From: the human T2T-CHM13v2.0 reference genome, Homo sapiens
Strand: one strand, 5' to 3'
DNA: 64,000 nt
Assembly: GCF_009914755.1 (NCBI RefSeq)
Contig: NC_060940.1
In this document: piece after piece, positions 54,617 through 64,000 of the stretch
How the letters are laid out: the number at the start of each line of letters is the position of its first letter
How positions within the stretch are numbered: position 1 is the first letter of the stretch
The notes under the pieces: generated by a model
What the model was told of the DNA's origin: nothing
Database searches by the model: none
Seen by the model: the letters and a program-made list of their open reading frames with translations, nothing else
Position numbers and translations under genes: made by a program

Positions 54617-56789
54617 TGAGCTGGGGCTGTGGCTGCAGGAAGTAACCTCCCTCTGTGCGCATACCAGGGATTGGGTTTGCACAGAAAGGCCAAAAACCTG
54701 GGCCCCACCGTCTTGGGTCACGGTCCCAGACACAGGCGGAGAGGGCATGCCCGGCACCCATTCTTAGGGCTACACCCACGTCTCTGCCAGACAGGTGACA
54801 AAGAGTCACAAGGGGAACATCTTGCTTTTCCTTGGAATCACTTCCCGGCTGTCTTAGGAGACAGGTTGCTGCAGATTTCCTGGGCTCCTGACGTCAGAGC
54901 TGAGTTATTATTAGCCAAGGTTCCTCTGCGCAGTGGCTGGCCCACGGTGGGGTGCGGCTGTGGGGCTTTCCCTGAACACGGGAGGCAGCACGGTGCTCCA
55001 GGTTAGCTTAGAGGAGCTGTGGAGCAGGGCATCCGCTGCCGGGCACCCGGCGCCAGCCTTGCAGTGGGATTCACATAGGACATGTCCAGGGCACATCTTT
55101 GTGGCTCAGGCCGAACCATCACACAAACCTGTTTTGTTCTTTGCTGTGTGGTTTTTTTAGTGTAATAATTTTATGTCCTTGGAGAGACATGTTCTCAGCA
55201 CTCCCCTGTCATACCCCTGCTGCCCCGCTCAGCTGGTCCTCATCCCTCCCCGCTCCCATTACCTGCCTCCTGCCACGGTCACCCGCTGTCCTTTGGAGAG
55301 GCGTGGGCTGTGTCCAGCAGTGGGACCAGCCTGTGGGGTGGAACAGCAGGCCCCTGGGAGGAAAGGGGGCTGTGGTGCGCTTGATTTCCCTTGCCGCCCC
55401 TTCCCGGCCCCCCACCCCTCACCCCAGGGAGTCCTCTGTGTATGTGTCAGGGGACGGGAGCTTTGAAAGGGAGACAAGATTCAGTTGTCCTCCTGGAGTC
55501 TGCCTCCCTATCAGGATTCCTTTTCTACCAATCCACACACCTTCTGGTCTGAGTGCCCAGGGTACCTGTCAGGGCCTGGAATGACCCCCACCCCCATCCT
55601 TAATGTGGGCATGTGCAATGTGTGCCCCCTGGCCCAGGGAGTGAACACCCATGAGTGTGTGTGTGTGTATACAGGTGTGGATACACACAGGCCCCGGGCT
55701 CCTCAGGACACACAAGGGCCTTGTCTGCCTCCGGGACTCATGGGTATCATGCCCCCAGAAGAGTGGAATTAAATAACCCAGTATCCTGAGAGAACGGCCA
55801 GCTGCTCCTCTGCCTGTCACAACAGATCACCTCCTCCATCTCCTGTCCAATTTAACCCAAACCTGCCCCATGCTTGCCTCTCAAGCTTAGGATTTCACCC
55901 AGATCTCATGATTCTCAAAGTCTGGTTCTAGAACACTGGATATTTGTTGTAGAACAAGATACACTTGCCTCACTGTGTTTCCTACCTGAGGCTTCACTTG
56001 CCTCACTGTGCTTCTTACCTCAGCGTTCCTAGTAGCACAGTTTGGAAAGGGATGAGGTAGAAAAAGGTACCCTTTTTGGCATTCTTTGCTGTAATCCTGT
56101 GTGGGTGTTTCAAAGAGGGCCGTCTGCCTTTTGGAGGGAGGGGGGTCCCAGCCATGTGGGATGCTTCTTTGGCTATTTTGCCTCTGGGAGTTGGAGCCCA
56201 GAGAGGAGAGCTTGAGGGGACCAAAGCCTCCCGCGCTGCGTCCGCTCTGCCAAACTCCTGCCAAATTCCAAGATCTGAGGAAAGTTTATTCATCTTGCTT
56301 TCTCAGGGGAGCCCTGATTTCTCTTATCCCAGGTCTAGCATCCTCATCTGGGGGCCGGGTGGGTGATACATGTGTGCAGGACACGAGGGAGGGGCTGGGC
56401 CTTGTCCTCACAGCCTGTGAAGGGCTTCCTTTCCAGTATGAAAAACAAAACACCGCGCTGGTGATGAATTGGGTCTGCAGACTGCCACCCGAGTGCTAAA
56501 GCCACCAATTGAAGAGTCACAGAATTTTCAACACCCTGGTGGTCAAATGCCAAAGCCCTCGTACTATCATACCCAATTTCCAAGGTCTTTCAGACCAAAC
56601 ATGCAGAATCTTAGCTTTACAGAAGTCTCATTATATATTAAATAAGGACCCTGTCAGAACGCCTATGTGTACCATCTGAAATAGTCTCAAGCTTTAAGGT
56701 CAAAACCAAACAAAAAGCAAACAAAAGCTCTCATCTCGTCTACTTTTTTAACTCCAAAAAAAAAAAAAAAATTTTAAGGCTATGGCACT

Positions 56790-57790
56790 CGTAGGTATTT
56801 CCCCAAATGAGTTCAACACACCTGTCCACACAAACATCTACATGCCGACGTTACAGCAGCTGTATTCATGACTACCAGAACGTGGAAGCACCCAAAATGC
56901 CTTCCAGTGGGTGAATGGATAAATAAACTGTGTAACAATGCAGTGTTATTCAGCACTAAAAAAAAAAACGAGCTAGCAGACCACGAAGAGAAAGGGGGAG
57001 CTTTAAATGCATATTAGTAAGTGAGAGGAGCCCATCTGAAAAGGCTGCACACTGCACGATTCCAACTACAGGACATTCTGAAAAAAGCAAAACTATGGAG
57101 AAAGTAAAATGATCGGTGGTTGCCAGGGGTTGGGGAGAGGGAGGGACGAATTGGCTGAGCACAGAGGATTTTTAGGGCGTGAAACGACTTCCTATGATAT
57201 TACATTGGTGGCTCCAGGACATTAGACATTTGTCTAAACACCCAGAGCGCACAGCACCAAGAGTGAACCCTAAAGTCAACTGTGGACTCTGGGTAACAAT
57301 GATGTGTCAGTGTGGGGTTCTCCATTGTAACAAATATCCCACAGGGTATACGTGCTACATTTGTTACACCGCACGGTCCTTTGGGGAGGCAAGGGCTGTG
57401 TCCACCAATGAGACCAGCTTGTGGGGTAGAAATGCAGGCACCTGGGAGGAAAGGGGACCGTGGTGCACTTTACCCCCTGCCCAGGGAGTCCTCTGTGTGT
57501 GCATCAGGGGACAGGAAAGGGAAACAAGATTGTGTTGTCCTCTTGGGCCCTGTCTCTCCACCAGGATTCCTTTTCCAGTGCCCCACATGCCTGCTGGCCT
57601 GCGTGCCCAGGGTACATTTCAGGGCCGCCTGGAACGCCCCCACCCCATCCTTAAAAGGAGCATGTGCAGTGATCGTTGGGGAGGCTGTGCGTGCCGGGGG
57701 CAGGGGGTATCTGGGAAAGGTCTCTACCTTCCTCTCCGTTCTGCTCTGAACCTAGAACTGGCCCCCCTCCAAAATAAACTCATTTTTAGA
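56790..57790 (+). mobile_element. L1MC-like 3' end interrupted by a templated insertion (57371-57671)
   Basis: gtgggtgaatggataaataaactgtg...caccaagagtgaaccctaa...tgatgtgtcagtgt...tgtaacaaat; resumes ggggaggctgtgcgtg...tgaacctagaactg...aataaa. Confidence 0.82.
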
Positions 57791-57893
57791 AAGCAGTGCA
57801 GCCGTGTTCATCAAGGGAACCCAGGCACCCACAGCTGGGCTGACTGTCCCCAGCCCTGCTAGCAGCCACGGGCTGTGTTCAGAACATTCTTAG

Positions 57894-58118
<225 letters not shown>

Positions 58119-58319
58119 TGACAGCCAGGAACTGGGGTTGAGATTCTGGTTAAGGACTTTTGGGGGTTTTGTACAGCTTGTCCTCCATTACGGCAACAGG
58201 AAGAATCTTTTTGCAGTTCCTAAGAATTACAAAAATACCGCAGCTGGAGGAGAAGAGGAAAGCCTCCCGGGAAGAATAGGCCCAAATAATGTCTGTAGAT
58301 GCCCTGCCCTCAAGGACCC

Positions 58320-58800
58320 AGAGCGCGACTTTGCACTCCTTTAGTGTGTGCTGCGCACAGCGAGGTCCTTCCAGAGAGCACTGTATGGAAGGGGGCAGGA
58401 GTAGCCTTGCAGTGGAGAAACCAGACACACTCAGCCTCAGCCAGGTGATCAAGGTCAACATCGACAACAACAAGCCAGTTAGACAGAATATTCCCTTCAT
58501 AGGACGTATAAAAACGACACTTGACCTCTATGGTCTTCCTCCCAGTAACCCATCACCCCATTCCAATCATGAGAAAAACATCAGACAAATCCCAACAAGG
58601 GGACAGTCTACAAAGTACCTGGCCAGTACTCCCCACGGTCAAGGTCATCAAAAACAAGGAGATTCTAAGAAACTGTCACAGCTCAGAGGAGTCTACGGGG
58701 GCGTAACGACTAAATGTCATTTGGGGCTCTCCATGGGATCCCAGAACAGAAAAGGGACATGAAGGGAAAACTGAGGAAATCTGAATAAAGCTTGGCCTTT
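58320..58800 (+). mobile_element. L1MC-like 3'UTR fragment
   Basis: gtggagaaacc...agccaggtgatcaaggtcaacatc...aatcatgagaaaaacatcagacaaatcccaa...gtcaaggtcatcaaaaacaagga. Confidence 0.78.
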
Positions 58801-59009
58801 AATTTTTTTTTTTAAATACAAAAGCAGGATTTAATTGCACACTTAGAGCGGGTGGGGCGCTTGTAATCTGTGTGGCCCCTTGGTGTTCCCTCATCATTCC
58901 AGGGACAGCAGCAAATGCCATTATTTGCCCTGTATGTCACGAGGAAACTGAGGCTTAGCTAGGTCCACTAAGTGGCCACAGGGACCACAGGTAGGAATAA
59001 GAATAACAT

Positions 59010-60935
59010 CTTTTTGCAGATGCTTATTGAACACTTTCTTGGAGTCAAGAGTGTGGTGCTCTTTGAGTGTATTGTGTTATTAACCCTCATGCCATTCCCA
59101 TGACACCTGTGCATAGGAGGAATCTGGGACCCAGAGAGGTGGGACGGGATAGGCAGGGTCTGATGAGCAGCTGTGGGTGGTCCTGGTGGGAGCTAAGGAG
59201 CAGGCAGCCTGAGGCCAGGGCCCATTCCCAATCACATGTTGTACTGAGCCAGCCACCACGTTAGATTTTAGAGTCTCCTGGAGCACGTGAAAACAACTGA
59301 AAAAGGGTAACCACACATCATTTCACTTGTGATGTAGCTTGCCTGTCTCCACACCATGCCCCTGAAGAATAGTATATCACCTACAGCCCCTTCCCCAGTC
59401 AGGAATGGAAGTGCATGACACATGTGCTCCTCTACCCCTTCCATGCTCATGGCAGACATCATTAATCAATTATAGCACTCTTTCTGTAGAGCCAGAGACA
59501 GCATCACACTCTTTCCCCTCCTGCATTCCAGGCCACCACTACCAACTGAAATCGTGTTAGTACCATAATGAATGCTATGTACCATTCTCTACCCTAAGCG
59601 ATTGCAAACTGTAAATGAATTGTTGCTGATTTCTGAGCCCCTCCTAGATTTGGGGTAAATTCATTTCTTGTTTTCAGAACACAGGGGATAGGGACACCCT
59701 GTGCAGTTCTTTCTCCAGGACAAGGAGACTCCCCACTGGGGGATGGGGCGGGGTTTCTGCCTTAATTTGGGCGCTCATAGTTTCAAGGAGGAGCTCTTTC
59801 TGGCTTTGGCCAGCTAGAAGGAAAGGTGCCCTGTTTGTTAACTTTAAAATCACTACGGGTGTAGTGTATGGAGTGGGCTGTGCCATGCTGGAGTTCAGAG
59901 CAAAGGTTCTTCAGGTTTTCTTGCGAAGGACCTTAACTTGTCAATGGCAGAGCCACACCCCCGGGACATACTTGGCAGAGGAATGCCTCTTCAGGCACAT
60001 AAACATTTTTGCATACTCCATGTTAGTCAATAAACCGTTTCATAAGGGTTCTTTGAGGACATCTGACTTCAAAGGGAAAAAATTCATAATTCAGACAGGC
60101 TCTCGGGGCTTCACCATACAACGCCTTTCTTGTATTTGGTTAGTTTTATGGGCCTGGAGTGTTGACCATGTATTAATTTTCTCTATAAAAATCAGAACCG
60201 CTCTGGGCAGACCCAGAATTTATAGTATCTGTGGCAGTCTGGCAGAGAGTAGGGACCCTCAGCCATGAGTCCTCGCCTCACTTGTAACGAGTACCCCCTA
60301 AGTGATCCCAGGTGTCTGGGGATGCTTTAACGCACCCAGATCCCACCTTGCTCTTGGCGCCTCCTAATTACACACCATGAGCGGCGGCGGCAGAGGAGAA
60401 CTGCTGGGAGGACCGAGGAGGATCCGCCTCTCGTGTAGAAGAACAGACTGTATTAAACAGTGATTATGGCCATGCCAGGCACAGGAAGACCTGACCTCAT
60501 GGAATCCTAACAACACAGGCGGTGGGCGAGAGAGAGCTTTGACATTTACTCACTGAATGCGCCCTGATGCTTAATGAGTGGCACGGGTCAGCAGCACCGT
60601 TGTGGAGCTGGGGCTCTCAGCTGGTGTGGGGGGGGGGTCATGTCTCTGGCTAAGGAGCGTACCTAGCCTGCCTAAGCCATGAGCCTGTTGGGGTGGCATG
60701 AACAGTGACTGCTCTTCACCCCAAATGCAGTGTTTCTCCTTAAGGAGGCACTCAGACATTTAGGAAACGGGGGGAACGTAGCCACGGTGCTGTTCTGGGA
60801 TTTGGGGGCTCCCCCATTCTGGGTGCATCTCTTGCAAATATGTTATGTGCTCCCTTTCACGGATGAGCAAACTGAAGCTTTGAGAGTCTCAAAGAATGTT
60901 CTTTACTAGACTGAAATAAAAACTAGAAACAAAAG
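59010..60935 (+). ncRNA. Possible unspliced intronic transcript, recalled as LOC100129617 in this intron
   Basis: Sequence support is weak: an AATAAA at 60915-60920 and a largely repeat-poor body. The identity and boundaries rest on memory. Confidence 0.35.
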
Positions 60936-61401
60936 GAAGCGGTTCTTTAGTATGTTCCTCTGGAGATTCAGTCCAAATAATTCGCCAAACTGCGTTCTGA
61001 AGAATGACCATGTATCTCTGTGCCCCCACGCCACTCGGAGTGTTCTTGTGGCAAAGGAGGCGAGAAGACACGGCTGTGGTCCCCAGTGGACCGTCAAGTA
61101 ACCTAACCTCCAGTTTTCCAAGGGGAGCGTATTTTTCAGAGGCTGCTGGATCCCTCTGTAAATGTTTATTTCCATGGAAATGACCTTGATTATTCAAAAA
61201 TCTAATAGCTAAGATGACAGTTACCTTAAGTCTCTGTTGAAGCAGTTTACAAAATCATAAAACCCTCGTGGTGGAAGGGGGCTAGAGATCACTTCTGTGG
61301 ACCCTCATTCCATAGTGGGGTCAGTGAGGCCCAGAGACAGACGTGGCAGCCCAAAGCCAGATTAAATACTTGTGAGGCAGAGGCCTCATTTTCTAACCCA
61401 G

Positions 61402-61417
61402 GAGGGAGGGAGGGAGG

Positions 61418-61504
<87 letters not shown>
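61402..61504 (+). repeat. (GGGA)n(GA)n(GT)n compound microsatellite
   Basis: Seen directly. Confidence 0.97.
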
Positions 61505-61508
<4 letters not shown>

Positions 61509-62469
61509 TGCTCATGCCAGTGCGTGCATTTTTCTGAACTTGCTCCGGGGGCTCTGCCTCCCTCTTTATGTAGCAGGACAGTCCTAGCAGGCAGACGAGT
61601 GAAAGCTCCCCCTGCACTGTCTCTCACAAAGGACCCCTTTGACTCCACATGAAGAAGCCCCCAGCGGCTCTAGAAACTCTCTCCTGGGAGCCTGCGGGAG
61701 GGAGTGGTAGGAACGGGTTCCACTCAGAGCTTTCATGCCAGCTTCGGGGTCAGTTAGACCTGAGGGGGGTCTCTATTTCTGTTCTACAGCTTGAAGTCCT
61801 GATGCAGGCTGCTCTCCTTAAAAAATGGGTTCCACTGAGATGGGTACGGAGGGACAGGTCTGGAGACTCCAGGCTCCCCTCCGTGGTCAGCCACATCACG
61901 TTTATGGAGGGTCGGGGGCAGGACGGTGCCGCTCCTGGGTGGCCAGACACAGCCCGAGGGGCTGGCAGTCCCAGCACCTCCGCAGCCCTGGCCACGACCC
62001 TGGGAATGAATGCGGCGGCCAGATTCACAGGCCCCTGTCCGGCCCGTGCCTCTCTCCTGCACCTCTGTTCTGCTCCTGGCAAGCCCCAAGCCCCCCACTG
62101 GGCTGGGCGCCGACTTCCTGCCTCCTGGCAGAGCTCTCTGTGCCGTGGCCCCTGTCTTCCTGACACCTGGAAGAGGCCGAGCACGGCAGCCACCACATAT
62201 GGCCCTCAGCCGGCACAGGCAGTGTCCCTGTGTCCTTGACCTGGCCCCTTGACAGAGCCCCGCAGTGGACACTTTAGTTCCGGGGGCCTGGTGCAGGCGC
62301 TGCTTTCCCTAGCGTGGCACAGATGGGGCCTCCAACCAGGGTGGTGTCCCTGTCCCCTCATCATAGTGACACGTGCCAGTGCCTCCCCTGCCACTAATGC
62401 CTGGTGCCCAACTCCTCATTGCACATGTATGCCTCTGTCCACAGCAGCCTGTCACAAACACACATCCAT

Positions 62470-63368
62470 TCACACCCACCTCACACTCACTGCCTTCCAC
62501 ACCCACCTCACACTCACTGCCTTCCACACCCACCTCACACTCATTGCCTTCCGTACCCACCTCACACCTTCCACACCCACCTCACACTCACGGCCTTCCA
62601 CACCCACCTCACACCTTCCACACCCACCTCACACTCCTTCCACACCCACCTCACACTCTCCTCCTTCCACACCCACCTCACACTCCTCCTTCCACACCCA
62701 CCACACTCTCCTCCTTCCACACCCACCTCTCACACTCACCTCCTTCCACATCCACCTCACACCTCCACACCCACCTCTCACACCTCCTTCCACACCCACT
62801 TCATACCTCCTTCCACACCCCTCTCACCTCCTTCCACACCCACCTCTCACCTTCCACACCCATCTCTCACACTCACCTTCCACATCCACCTCACACCTCC
62901 ACACCCACCTCTCACACTCACCTCCTTCCACATCCACCTCACACCTCCACACCCACCTCTCACACTCACCTCCTTCCACACCCACTTCATACCTCCTTCC
63001 ACACCCCTCTCACCTCCTTCCACATCCACCTCTCACCTTCCACACCCACCTCTCTCACCTCCTTCCACATCCACCTCACACCTCCACACCCACCTCTCAC
63101 ACTCACCTCCTTCCACACCCACTTCATACTTCCTTCCACACCCACCTCTCACCTCCTTCCACACCCACCTCTCACCTCCTTCCGCACCAACCTCTCACCT
63201 CCTTCCACACCCACCTCACACCTTCCACACCCACCTCACACTCACCTCCTTCCACACCCACCTCACATTCACCTCCTCCCATACCCACCTCACACTCACC
63301 TCCTTCCACACCCACCTCTCTTCTCCTTCCACACCCACCTCTCACACACCTCCTTCCACACTCCACAT
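62470..63368 (+). repeat. C/A/T-rich complex minisatellite, about 0.9 kb (ccttccacacccacctc(tc)acactca variants)
   Basis: Dozens of variant units; almost no G on the + strand. Confidence 0.97.
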
Positions 63369-63674
63369 TCCCCTCGGAAGCACCCTCTCTTGTCCCCCCA
63401 GCCTTTCTGGCTCTCTTTTCTCTTTCTCGTCTCATTTGTCTCACAAGTGCCTTTTGAGGGTGGCTTTCTCTACAGCCAGAAGCACCTGCTCATCAGATGG
63501 TCCTTCAGAGTGGAAGCGCGGGTGTCGCAGTGCTATTCTTTGAAGTAGACGCCACCTGTGCTTTCCAGAGGGTTGGTGTCTCCCCATTGCCTTCCACATC
63601 AACAGCTCCAGGCAGAGCTCGGTCCCGCCCTTCTTTCTGGTGTCCTGGCTGCCCTGGGCTCCTGCCCTGCCTAG

Positions 63675-63908
<234 letters not shown>

Positions 63909-64000
63909 TAAATGAAGACTCCCTCTATGAGGAAGCCCCTAGCCTACTGCACGGTGCCCGATAGGAACTCGGACACACTGGACCTCAGCAACACTGCTGT

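Noticed and set aside
57179-57862. 227-aa + strand ORF before exon 7
   Set aside because: Made of L1MC 3'UTR plus the templated insertion.
62249-63548. Three long + strand ORFs (379-402 aa) rich in H/T/P/S
   Set aside because: They are translations of the nearly G-free minisatellite, which lacks stops in all frames; no coding signal.

Overview
This is human intronic genomic DNA covering the 5' half of CMIP (c-Maf-inducing protein, chr16q23) on the + strand. It holds seven canonical AG/GT coding exons, numbered 2-8 from memory of the full-length mRNA. Spliced together they read [11 protein letters not shown]...[16 protein letters not shown]...[48 protein letters not shown]...[13 protein letters not shown]...KKFIQ(S). 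Intron 2 carries the MIR6504 hairpin. Three GC-rich segments ending in splice donors (about 4.2 kb, 39.3 kb and 45.1 kb) look like internal first exons that would give progressively PH-truncated CMIP isoforms. The rest is Alu, MIR, L1, L2, L3, MLT1 and DNA-transposon remnants plus large simple repeats, and nearly all ORFs in the supplied track are spurious. The most unusual observations are two independent 200-300 bp local templated insertions with complex junctions, each inside an old L1M remnant about 2.1 kb from its donor. Also notable are an Alu strand switch around a run of phase-0 exons and a 32-bp VNTR carrying the PRDM9 13-mer. Repeat family names and boundaries were assigned by eye, and gene names come from recall rather than database searches.
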